Shown here one piece after another: positions 8,018 to 16,993 of a DNA stretch of 64,000 nucleotides (position 1 is the first letter of the stretch; each line of letters opens with the position of its first letter). The translations under genes and the position numbers were made by a program. Location of the stretch: contig JBBRFA010000002.1 in NCBI GenBank assembly GCA_038225185.1, forward strand, positions 2,331-66,330, read 5' to 3'. This DNA is from Chthoniobacterales bacterium. GTDB lineage: Bacteria; Verrucomicrobiota; Verrucomicrobiia; Chthoniobacterales; DASVRZ01. The notes under the pieces were generated by a model. That model searched no databases and was not told where the DNA came from. It saw only the letters and a program-made list of their open reading frames with translations.

Positions 8018-10644
8018 AAATGCGATTGCTGACAGCGCTCGTATTCTGGAGTTTTTGCGTCACCCTGCTCGCTCAAGAGGGTGAACCCGAGGTGCGCGTG
8101 GCCGAGCCGGTGCAGCCCATTCCCCGGGCGCAACCTGTCCTAACCTTGGAGCCGACGCCCGAGCCGACGCCCGAACCCACCCCCGAGCCGACACCGGTGG
8201 AAGTGCGCCGGGCAGAGCCGTTTTTCGCTCCTCCAGACAATCCACCCGCACCGATTGCCACTCCGAATTTACTCCCGGAAGCCACGCCCAATCTGCTCGT
8301 TCCGCCCAAACCCATTGCCCCGCGCGAGGATGAGCCCGTGGTGGGCACAACGCCGGAGACTGTGGAGGATAATCAAGTGATTCGGATTGCGCCGTCATCC
8401 GGTGCTGGGATGAAAGGAGCCGCGGCAGATCTCATCGATGTCGCCAACGGGTTTTATGCCCGCAAACTTTACGATCTGGCCATTCCTGAATATGAAAAAT
8501 TTCTTCGGTTCTACCCTCAGAGCGAAGGACGGCAATCGGCGTTGTTCCGCCTTGGCGAATGTTATCGCGCGATGGGGACGCCGGGTGTGGCGATTGGCTA
8601 CTATCAAAAGCTGCTGAGCGAATACAGCACAGGCGAATTTCTCGGCGCCGCGTCTTATCGCCTTGGCGAAATTTATTATGCGCAAAAACGTTTCAACGAA
8701 GCGGTAACCCTCTACCGGAAAGCGGCGGCCAATGCAAAAAATTCCGATCTCACCCTTTCTGCCCGCTACTTTGAGGCGCGCAGTCTCGAGGAAATCGGAC
8801 GCAGCGCCGAGGCCCGCCTGGTTTTTCAAGACATCGTGGCCATCGAGCAGCGCAATCCTTATAAAGTCGCCGCCCGTCTCGCCCTCGCTCGTTATTCCGA
8901 GGAGACCGGAGCCAGGGAGGAGGCTCTGGGACATTACGAAAAACTCATCACCGAGACCGAGCGTAACGAACTTCGCGGCGAAGCCTTGATCCATGCCGGC
9001 AGTCTTTCCTCCGAGCTGGGACAAAAAGCCAGGGCAAAAGTTTTTTTCCAACGCGCCATCGAAGCGCCCGGCACGGGAAACTGGCGTCCTCTCGCCCGCC
9101 TCGGGTTGATGAAAATCAGCTACGATTCGGGCGACTATTCCGAGGCTGTGGTGATGTATGAATCCGGCGCCGCCGATCAGGGCGGGGAAACACCTGCCGA
9201 GGTGCTGGCACTCGCGGCCAACGCGTATCGTCAGCTTAATCGAGGGTCCGATGCGGCCGTTATTTATGAGCGGATTGAGCGCGAACATCCGGGTTCGCCC
9301 GAGGCGAAAGAGGCGGGGTTCCAACGATTGCTTGCGCTGGCCGCAGCCAATAATCCCGAGGTGATCACTGCGATAAACAGCTATCTCAGCAATAATCCTT
9401 CCGGCGAGCGCTCCGAAAAAGCGCGCCTGTTAAAAGCGGAGTATTTTTTCAAAAACAAACGCTACACCGAAGCGGCCAAAGTGTATCAGGACACGGCGGA
9501 AAACCTTGTGGATGACAAGTTGAAGGCAGAATGTCTTTACCGGGCCGGCTGGTGTTTTTCGCAAGTGCAAGACTGGCCAAAAACCATCGATGCCTACGGC
9601 GATTTCATCGAGGCTTTTCCCAGCCACGAAAACGTGCCCAAAGCGCTCATTCAACGTGGATTTGCCTCGCTTCGACTCAAGGCTTACACCGATGCGCAAC
9701 GTGATTTCGACAAGCTCATCAAAGACTTTCCCAAGGCTCCCGAACGCGAAACCGCCCTCATCCAAAAAGCCCTCTCCGAAGGTCAGCAGGACGATAACAT
9801 AGCCATGGCGAATTCCTTTCGTCAGTTACTTAAGGAATATCCCAAGACCGAATCGCTGGCCCAAGCCAATTATTATATCGGCTGGGCCAGTTTCGAGGGA
9901 AAAAACTACGCCGCAGCCATCGATCCTCTCACCATTGCGCGGGATCAGGATCCGAAAAGCTATTTCGACGATGCGAGTGTTCGGATTATCCTGGCCAATT
10001 ACTATCTGGAAAAACTCGACGACGTATCGCGCGAGGTCGATTTGTATAAGGCGAAGGATGGCAAACGCGGGTTGCCCGGCGAGATTTTTAATTGGATGGG
10101 TGCGAAATATTATTACGGCGGCAATAACAAACGCGCCCTGCGCTATCTGGAGTTGCACATTGCCAACATCCCCGGCGATCCGGAGCCGGAGGTTTACTAT
10201 TTGATCGGCGACGCCGCCCGTCTGGAAAAAGAATGGGAGAAAGCGGCTCAAAATCTCGATCTTTACCTAACTAAAACGGATAACCCCGGTTTGAAATCGC
10301 GCGGGTTGCTGGCAAAAACACGGCTGGCCTTGGATCAAAACCGTTATGCCGAGGCGCGTCAACGTTGCAGCGAAGCGTTGAATTTGCAGCCCGAAGGCAG
10401 ATTGAATGCCGAGGGCCGGATGCTGGCGGGCGACATCGATTTTGCCGAGGCAAAATTCGATGCGGCAGCGAAAAACTACCTTACGATCAGTGTTCTTTAT
10501 GACGATGCCGAGCTTACGCCGCTGGCTCTGGAAAAAGCCGCCCAGGCTTACACCAAGGCGGGTAATGCCGTCGAGGCACAGAAGGCGCGTCTGGAATTGG
10601 CAGATCGTTATCCCGATTACAAACCCAGCCTGGCAAGCAAGTAA
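8014..10644 (+). CDS. Secreted proline-rich / tetratricopeptide-repeat protein (~876 aa)
   Basis: ATGA overlap with the exbD stop. Signal peptide MKMRLLTALVFWSFCVTLLAQE, an (EPTP)4 Pro-rich spacer, then many TPR-like A..Y....G.Y..A helix pairs. Confidence 0.7.
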   Translation: MKMRLLTALVFWSFCVTLLAQEGEPEVRVAEPVQPIPRAQPVLTLEPTPEPTPEPTPEPTPVEVRRAEPFFAPPDNPPAPIATPNLLPEATPNLLVPPKPIAPREDEPVVGTTPETVEDNQVIRIAPSSGAGMKGAAADLIDVANGFYARKLYDLAIPEYEKFLRFYPQSEGRQSALFRLGECYRAMGTPGVAIGYYQKLLSEYSTGEFLGAASYRLGEIYYAQKRFNEAVTLYRKAAANAKNSDLTLSARYFEARSLEEIGRSAEARLVFQDIVAIEQRNPYKVAARLALARYSEETGAREEALGHYEKLITETERNELRGEALIHAGSLSSELGQKARAKVFFQRAIEAPGTGNWRPLARLGLMKISYDSGDYSEAVVMYESGAADQGGETPAEVLALAANAYRQLNRGSDAAVIYERIEREHPGSPEAKEAGFQRLLALAAANNPEVITAINSYLSNNPSGERSEKARLLKAEYFFKNKRYTEAAKVYQDTAENLVDDKLKAECLYRAGWCFSQVQDWPKTIDAYGDFIEAFPSHENVPKALIQRGFASLRLKAYTDAQRDFDKLIKDFPKAPERETALIQKALSEGQQDDNIAMANSFRQLLKEYPKTESLAQANYYIGWASFEGKNYAAAIDPLTIARDQDPKSYFDDASVRIILANYYLEKLDDVSREVDLYKAKDGKRGLPGEIFNWMGAKYYYGGNNKRALRYLELHIANIPGDPEPEVYYLIGDAARLEKEWEKAAQNLDLYLTKTDNPGLKSRGLLAKTRLALDQNRYAEARQRCSEALNLQPEGRLNAEGRMLAGDIDFAEAKFDAAAKNYLTISVLYDDAELTPLALEKAAQAYTKAGNAVEAQKARLELADRYPDYKPSLASK
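8149..8196. repeat. 4 x 12-nt tandem repeat gagccgacgccc encoding (EPTP)n
   Basis: Units at 8149, 8161, 8173 and 8185. The first two are identical. Confidence 0.85.
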
Positions 10645-10660
10645 GCAGGCCCGGGCAAAC

Positions 10661-11725
10661 CTACTCGGCGAGATACTTTTCCACGGCGCTTTTGGTGATG
10701 CGCCAGGTGCTGCCGATTTTTTTGCCCTTTAACTCGTTGCTTTCCAAAATGGATAGCACATCGGCCTCGGTTACGCCTAACAATTCCGCTGCCTGGGCGG
10801 GGCTGAGCAAGTCGGGCAGACTGGATGCCGTGGCCACTGCTCCGGGAATAGGTGGAGGGGTTGCCGAAACGCCGGGTGTGCTCTGGATGGATTGCGCGAC
10901 CTGCTGGGCCATGGCGAGGCCGACCGCGAGTTCTGCGCCGATGCCACCGGCTCCCCCGCCTTTTTCGAGGCCTTGCGCCATTTGAAATTTTACGTAGTCG
11001 TTCAAATTGCCGACGGCGGCCATGCTGCTGCGTTTGTCGATGGCTTGCTCGACTTCGGGCGGCACGGAAACATTTTCGAGGATGAAACTGGTAATTTCGA
11101 GACCGTATTTGACGCTCACGATGGGGTTGACGATGGGGAGCAAGGCTGAGCCGAGTTCGGAGTAACGTGTGGCCACATCGAGCACAGGAACGTTGGCCTC
11201 TGCAAGTGCTTCGGAGAAGACGCTCACGATGCGGGACCGCATGGTGTCGGCAAATTCATCGAGCCGAAAGTGGTGATCCGAACCGGCTACCTCTTTGAGA
11301 AAGGTTTTCGGGTCGGTAACCCGGAAATCGAAGGTCCCGAAAGCTCGCACCCGCACGATTCCGAAGTCGGCATCGCGGAGCATGATCGGATTGGAGGTGC
11401 CCCATTTGTTGCCGGTAAAAAGCCGGGTGTTGATGTAATAGACATCGACTTTAAAAGGGGATTGGAAGCCGTATTTCCAACCTTTGAGGGTGGTGAGAAC
11501 CGGGATATTTTCCGTGGTAAGAGTGTGACGCCCGGGGGCATAAGTGTCGCCAAATTGACCGACGTAAACGAATTGCGCGACCTGACTTTCGCGCACGATG
11601 AGTTGTGCGCCGTTTTTGATTTCCTTGTCTTCGTCGGGAAAACGATAACTGAGGGTGTCGCGGGAATCATCGGTCCATTCGATGATTTCGAGGAGTTCGC
11701 CTTTGATGAAATTAAATATGCTCAT
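10661..11725 (-). CDS. SPFH/band-7 family protein of the YdjI (COG4260) type with C-terminal excisionase-type helix-turn-helix
   Basis: The N-terminal ~270 aa are collinear with B. subtilis YdjI-like proteins (IEW...IVRESQ...LKGWKYGF...). A Gly/Ala-rich linker follows, then LSPAQAAELLGVTEADVLSILESNELKGKKIGSTWRITKSAVEKYL, which is HTH_17-like. Confidence 0.75.
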   Translation of the reverse strand: MSIFNFIKGELLEIIEWTDDSRDTLSYRFPDEDKEIKNGAQLIVRESQVAQFVYVGQFGDTYAPGRHTLTTENIPVLTTLKGWKYGFQSPFKVDVYYINTRLFTGNKWGTSNPIMLRDADFGIVRVRAFGTFDFRVTDPKTFLKEVAGSDHHFRLDEFADTMRSRIVSVFSEALAEANVPVLDVATRYSELGSALLPIVNPIVSVKYGLEITSFILENVSVPPEVEQAIDKRSSMAAVGNLNDYVKFQMAQGLEKGGGAGGIGAELAVGLAMAQQVAQSIQSTPGVSATPPPIPGAVATASSLPDLLSPAQAAELLGVTEADVLSILESNELKGKKIGSTWRITKSAVEKYLAE

Positions 11726-11837
11726 GCGGTATGGAAATGTGGATGGCTGGGAACGACAGCCATTAAGAAAGCGTTTTCATAAAAAAACGCAAGTCCGATA
11801 TTCCTGCCTGCCTGCCTGACGAACCGGGCGTGCCGCT

Positions 11838-12479
11838 TTAATCGAAGTGATATTCGACCCGGAATTGTCCGGCTTCTTTTTTGCTGGTGCGTTTACCGGA
11901 GATGCGAAGGACTTTGCGGAACAATTCTTCCTCCATTTTTTCGGTGGCGGGATAATTTTCGAGAATGTCTTGAATCGGGGAATGATGTTCGAGGATTTTG
12001 CGTTCGTTGCCGATTTGGACGAATTCGCTGAGGAAACCTTCGGCGTCACGAATTTTGGCGAAGGAACGGGCGCGTTCGCCGGGAGTTTCGCCCTTGGTTT
12101 TGGCGTCGTAGCGCAGGGTCTCGGTCTGGAACCATTTGTAGAGCAGTTTTTCTGCGGCGGCGGCACCATAAAGGGATAGGGCAGCTTCGAGAACGCCGAG
12201 AGTGACGGGATTGGCGGCTTGCTCGAAAAGATCGTAGGCTTTGGGGGTTAACAAATAAAGCAGCTCGGGGCGCCCGATTTTGCCGGTGCCTTGCGGGGCG
12301 CGTTTGGTGGTGAGATAACCTTGACGATGCAGGGACAGACAATGCTGTTTGATGCCCATGTAGCTCATCCCGAGTTTTTCCGACATGGCGGCGACGGCGA
12401 GACCTTCGCTCCGTTTGAGTAAATTGATGATGCCGATGCGTTGGCTACGTCCGATTTGTTGAATGATTTTCTGGTTCAT
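11838..12479 (-). CDS. Winged-helix (ArsR/DeoR-like) transcriptional regulator with uncharacterised C-terminal domain
   Basis: N-terminal RIGIINLLKRSEGLAVAAMSEKLGMSYMGIKQHCLSLHRQGYL is a wHTH pattern. The C-terminal ~120 aa are unassigned. Confidence 0.6.
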   Translation of the reverse strand: MNQKIIQQIGRSQRIGIINLLKRSEGLAVAAMSEKLGMSYMGIKQHCLSLHRQGYLTTKRAPQGTGKIGRPELLYLLTPKAYDLFEQAANPVTLGVLEAALSLYGAAAAEKLLYKWFQTETLRYDAKTKGETPGERARSFAKIRDAEGFLSEFVQIGNERKILEHHSPIQDILENYPATEKMEEELFRKVLRISGKRTSKKEAGQFRVEYHFD

Positions 12480-12552
12480 ATGTTGGTTGTTTAAACGTTA
12501 ATTCGTATAAAAGGGAAAGCTGAGGGTATCTTTTTTGCAAGTCTTTTTAAAA

Positions 12553-14043
12553 TTAATCTGCCGATTTTAAGACGACATAAGAGGTGTTGCCGTCGCGTTC
12601 GACGAGAAGCAGGGTGCTTTTGCCGGGAGTGCGTTGTTTGAGGATTTCGGTGAGTGAATCCGCGCTCGTTACTGCCTGGCCATTGATTTCGGTGATGATG
12701 TCGCCCACTTTTATGCCGGCGACGGCTGCTTCGGTGCCGGGGGTGCTGTCGGTAACGATCCAGCCGCTTTGAGCCTTGGATTTTTTGGCAAGGGCAAGAT
12801 CGGGGGTGAGAGCCTGCACTTCGAGACCGAGGGGAGAGGGAGCGGGGGACTCTTCCTTTTCATCCCCCTGTCCATCGGGCGTGGAAGGTATGGAGGGTAT
12901 GGTTTCGGGCTGCGCCTCGTCCTCTGGCTCTGGTTCTGCGGGCTGGGAACGAGAGATTGCCCTGGCTTCGGTGGGAAGCTCGGCGGTGGCCACTGCGAGA
13001 GTGAGTTCCTGGCCGTCGCGCCAGACAGCGAGTTGTAATTTTTGGCCCACTTTTTTACGTTGCACCTCGCGCTGGAGATCGATGGATTCGGCCACGGGGA
13101 CGTTATCGACTTTGAGAATGATGTCGCCGGTGCGGAGTTCGCTTTTGTAAGCTGGCGACTCGCTGGAGATGCTTTGGACGCGCACGCCGTTTTTTAAACT
13201 GCCAAATCTATCGGGAGGAAGATCTTTGAGGGATTGGATGCCGATGCCGATCCAGGCGCGGGATACTTTGCCGTTGGCGATAATTTCGCCACCGATGCGT
13301 TGCAGAAGATTCGAGGAAATGGAAAAGCCAAGCCCGCGATTGAAGCCTTGGATGATGGCGTTCATGCCGACGACCTGCCCTTCGATGTCAAGCAGCGGGC
13401 CTCCGCTGTTGCCGGGATTGATCGAGGCATCGGTCTGAAGAAAGTCCTCGAATAAACCGCTCCAGCGTGAATCGAGGATTTTATTGCGTCCCTTGGCACT
13501 GATGACGCCAGTGGTAAAGGAGTAGGCAAAATTATAGGGGGATCCGATGACGCAGGCGATCTGACCGACTTTTACCTCGTCACTGTTACCGAAGCGGGCA
13601 GCGGGAAGATTCGTGACTTCGATCTTTAGCACTGCAATGTCGGTGTAGGAGTCGGCACCGATAAGTTTGGCGGGAAATTCACGTCCATCCTTGAGTTTTA
13701 CAGTGATTTTACCGCCGCCTTCCACCACGTGGCTGTTGGTGTAAATATAGCCATCGGGCCGGGCGACGATGCCGGAGCCTTCGCTGGTCTCGGGGCGTCG
13801 CGGAAGCGATTCCTCATCCAGATCGGGACGGGGGATAAGACCAAATAGATCGAGCGGCGAACGGGTGGAGCTGGCCGTTTTTTCAATTTCGACGACCACC
13901 ACCGAGGGAGATACTTTCTCAAATACGTCGATATAAGCCTGGTTAAGTTGGCGCACGAGAGCACCGGGCGATACTTCCTGGGCACGAGCGAAGAGGAGAG
14001 TTACGGCAAGGATTGCGTAGGAAATGAGGATTCGTTTCACCAT
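12553..14043 (-). CDS. htrA: Periplasmic serine endoprotease HtrA/DegP/DegQ family with two PDZ domains
   Basis: Signal peptide. Trypsin-like triad context (TNSHVV, DIAVLKI, GNSGGPL). Two PDZ-like segments separated by an acidic/Pro linker. Confidence 0.85.
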   Translation of the reverse strand: MVKRILISYAILAVTLLFARAQEVSPGALVRQLNQAYIDVFEKVSPSVVVVEIEKTASSTRSPLDLFGLIPRPDLDEESLPRRPETSEGSGIVARPDGYIYTNSHVVEGGGKITVKLKDGREFPAKLIGADSYTDIAVLKIEVTNLPAARFGNSDEVKVGQIACVIGSPYNFAYSFTTGVISAKGRNKILDSRWSGLFEDFLQTDASINPGNSGGPLLDIEGQVVGMNAIIQGFNRGLGFSISSNLLQRIGGEIIANGKVSRAWIGIGIQSLKDLPPDRFGSLKNGVRVQSISSESPAYKSELRTGDIILKVDNVPVAESIDLQREVQRKKVGQKLQLAVWRDGQELTLAVATAELPTEARAISRSQPAEPEPEDEAQPETIPSIPSTPDGQGDEKEESPAPSPLGLEVQALTPDLALAKKSKAQSGWIVTDSTPGTEAAVAGIKVGDIITEINGQAVTSADSLTEILKQRTPGKSTLLLVERDGNTSYVVLKSAD

Positions 14044-14185
14044 GGATTAAATTTACAGACTTAAAAAACGTGTAAATCGTTCAAAGTGCGGCGAGGGCAA
14101 GTGCTTTTATTTTACGGCGGGGAGAATAAAGCTTTCCCAGTGGATTTGACTTTAGGCTGAGGTCCACTAGTTTCCGCAACATTCG

Positions 14186-15406
14186 ATGAATATAGAACAA
14201 ACGGTCGGCACCACGACTCTTTTGCCGGAGAAAAAATTCGTTACCCTCGCACCAGGATATTGGCCCGAGGCACCCCCGGAAGATTGGTCGGATTGGAAAT
14301 GGCAGCTAAAAAACCGCGTCACCACCCTCACGCAACTCGAAAAACATCTTCATCTCTCCTCCGAGGAACGCGCAGGCGTCCTGCTCTCGGGCAGCAAACT
14401 TTCGCTCGCCGTCACACCGCATTATTTTAATCTCATAGATCGCAACGATCCCGGGTGCCCGATCCGGCGTCAGGTCGTCCCGCGGATCGAGGAAAGCTGG
14501 ACTTCGCCCTACGATATGGCCGATCCCTGCGGTGAAGACAGCCACATGCCCGTGCCCGGCCTGGTGCATCGGTATCCAGATCGGGTGCTTTTTTTAGTGA
14601 CGGATCGTTGTGCGGCTTACTGCCGTTATTGCACCCGCAGCCGCGTGGTAAGCGGCGCCGGTGAGCAGGAATTACACACCGATTTCGAGCAGGCTTTTCA
14701 ATACTTGGAGAAACATACCGAAGTGCGCGACGTGCTTCTCTCGGGAGGAGACGCCTTGATTTTTTCGGACGATAAACTGGAATATCTCCTGAGTCGTCTG
14801 CGGAAAATCGAGCACATCGAATTCCTCCGCATTGGTAGTCGTGTGCCGATTTTTCTTCCGCAACGCATCACGCCCAAGCTCTGCCAGATGCTGCAAAAAT
14901 ATCATCCGCTCTGGATCAGCATACATGCCAATCATCCACGCGAACTCACCACCGAAGTGCGGGACGCTCTCGCTCTCATGGCCAACCACGGCATCCCGCT
15001 CGGCAATCAAAGCGTGCTCCTAAAAGGTGTCAACGACGATCTCGCAGTGATGAAATCGCTCGTCCATAAGCTTCTCATGTGCCGGGTGCGCCCCTATTAC
15101 ATCTACCAATGCGATCTCATCAACGGCTCCTCGCATTTGCGCACCTCGGTGGCCAAAGGGATCGAAATCATCGAAGGTCTGCGCGGCCATACCACGGGCT
15201 ACGCCGTGCCGCAATTTGTGATCGATGCGCCAGGCGGCGGTGGCAAAGTGCCGATCAATCCTGGCTACGTTATGCATCACGATCACGAGCGCATCGTTAT
15301 TCGCAATTACGAAGGCGAAATCTTTGAATATCCCGAGGACAATAGCGTGGAAGCTCCTCTCCCGGCGCGACCGCGCGCGGCTTACGACGAGTATTTGTAT
15401 TCGTAG
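14186..15406 (+). CDS. kamA: Lysine 2,3-aminomutase family radical-SAM enzyme
   Basis: 406 aa. CAAYCRYCTRS radical-SAM cluster motif and a KamA-type N-terminus (WKWQLKNRV). GG-rich PLP region. Confidence 0.85.
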   Translation: MNIEQTVGTTTLLPEKKFVTLAPGYWPEAPPEDWSDWKWQLKNRVTTLTQLEKHLHLSSEERAGVLLSGSKLSLAVTPHYFNLIDRNDPGCPIRRQVVPRIEESWTSPYDMADPCGEDSHMPVPGLVHRYPDRVLFLVTDRCAAYCRYCTRSRVVSGAGEQELHTDFEQAFQYLEKHTEVRDVLLSGGDALIFSDDKLEYLLSRLRKIEHIEFLRIGSRVPIFLPQRITPKLCQMLQKYHPLWISIHANHPRELTTEVRDALALMANHGIPLGNQSVLLKGVNDDLAVMKSLVHKLLMCRVRPYYIYQCDLINGSSHLRTSVAKGIEIIEGLRGHTTGYAVPQFVIDAPGGGGKVPINPGYVMHHDHERIVIRNYEGEIFEYPEDNSVEAPLPARPRAAYDEYLYS

Positions 15407-15480
15407 AAATAGGGCACACCGAGCCGGCTCTCCGCCTCCCGGCATTGTTTCTGCTATTATTTACCGCAAATAATAGCGCT

Positions 15481-16080
15481 ATGTTTTTCTTTCTCTCCAG
15501 CATCGGTGGTTTTCTTCTCATTCTTGGCGTCGTGATGACGCTGGCCGACACCTTGCTTCGCAACTGGTCTCGTCTTAAACGCGGTTTTTTGTTCATCCTA
15601 ATCTCCATTCCTTTCGTTGTCGGTGCCGTCATGACCGCACCCACACCTCCGCCTGCCAAGGCCGGTGCCAAAGAAGTAAAAAGCAAGGATCCATTTTACA
15701 ATGCCCTCCAGAAAGCGCGGGAGGTCGCAGCCAAGGTGGAAGCCTCGCGGCAGCCCGAAGCCGAGTCCCCGGCATCCGCAGCAGTGAATCTCAATCTAAC
15801 TCCCAACGGTCTGCCAGCGCAGGAGGGGCAGACCACTCCCACCGCCACGACCGCACCGACTCCTTCGCTGAACGAACGCATTGCCAGCAACCGGGCCACT
15901 TTTAAAAGCCTCGAAACCGACTTTGCCCAATTGAACGTCACCCGCCAGACGCTCGACCGAAAAAATCCCGCTGCCATTAGCGATTTCAATCTGCTGGCAA
16001 AAGAGTATCAGAATAAACTGGAGACCGCCCGCTTCGAGCAGGCCATCCTGGTCGAACTGGCCCGCACCTCCGGCCAATAG
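15481..16080 (+). CDS. Hypothetical membrane protein (2 TM helices plus Pro/Ala-rich and coiled-coil tail)
   Basis: ORF with an ATG at 15481; the listed ORF starts at an upstream TTG at 15445. Two hydrophobic helices, no recognisable family. Confidence 0.45.
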   Translation: MFFFLSSIGGFLLILGVVMTLADTLLRNWSRLKRGFLFILISIPFVVGAVMTAPTPPPAKAGAKEVKSKDPFYNALQKAREVAAKVEASRQPEAESPASAAVNLNLTPNGLPAQEGQTTPTATTAPTPSLNERIASNRATFKSLETDFAQLNVTRQTLDRKNPAAISDFNLLAKEYQNKLETARFEQAILVELARTSGQ

Positions 16081-16102
16081 CAGGCGGCATCCGTCTTTTT
16101 TC

Positions 16103-16981
16103 CTAACTCCGCAAGGCGCCAAGTATTTTCAACGTCTCGTAAGCGGCATTGATTTCGTGCACGCGAAACATCCTCGCACCGCGCTCCACTCCGGCGACGA
16201 TGCACGCGACCGTGCCCGCATCGCGTTCCCGGGCCGGCAGGCCGCCCAGCACATCGCCGATCACAGTTTTGCGGGAGACAGGCAGCAAAGTCATGTAGCC
16301 CAGGCCGGCGATCCGGGAAAATTCCCGGTAAATGGTTAGATTATCCTCACGTTGCTTTGCAAAATCGATTCCCGGATCGAGGATGATCTGTTCATCCGAC
16401 AAACCCACAGTTTTGGCCTCGGCGATTTTCGTTAGGAAAAAATCGAGCAACGTTTCCATGATGTTGGCATAGCCGACATGCGTGTGCGCGACCTTCGGCT
16501 GGCCGATGGAATGCATGATGAGTAAAGCCGCCCCGTGACGGGCGGCGATCCGGGCGTTTTGCAAATCGGGCAACGCGCTCATGTCGTTAAGAATATCGCC
16601 GCCTGCGCCGAGAATTTTTCCGGCCACTTCGGGCCGCCAGGTATTAATGGAGAGTAGGGGAGGAAAAATCTGTTCCTCATCGCGCGGCGCACTCGCGGTT
16701 ACGATTGCGGAAAAACGCTCCACGTAAGGCACCACCCGCGCGATTTCCTCCCCAATGGCGACAGCGGCGCGATTGGTCCGGGCACTTTCGCCACCCACAT
16801 CGATAACGTCGGCGCCGAGGGCGATCATTTCCCTGGTTCTAGCCAGGGCGACATCCAGATCGAGTGTGCCATCGCCCGAAAAGGAGTCATCGTTAAGATT
16901 GAGAATACCCATGATGAGCGGTCGGCGTGGAAATGCAATGCGCCGTCCGCGAGCCAGCAAAAAATTACCGATATCGGCCAT
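16103..16981 (-). CDS. folP: Dihydropteroate synthase
   Basis: 292 aa. IMGILNLNDDSFSGDG, DVIDVGGESAR and a pterin-binding barrel pattern. Confidence 0.85.
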   Translation of the reverse strand: MADIGNFLLARGRRIAFPRRPLIMGILNLNDDSFSGDGTLDLDVALARTREMIALGADVIDVGGESARTNRAAVAIGEEIARVVPYVERFSAIVTASAPRDEEQIFPPLLSINTWRPEVAGKILGAGGDILNDMSALPDLQNARIAARHGAALLIMHSIGQPKVAHTHVGYANIMETLLDFFLTKIAEAKTVGLSDEQIILDPGIDFAKQREDNLTIYREFSRIAGLGYMTLLPVSRKTVIGDVLGGLPARERDAGTVACIVAGVERGARMFRVHEINAAYETLKILGALRS

Positions 16982-16993
16982 GTTAGTCGTTGG

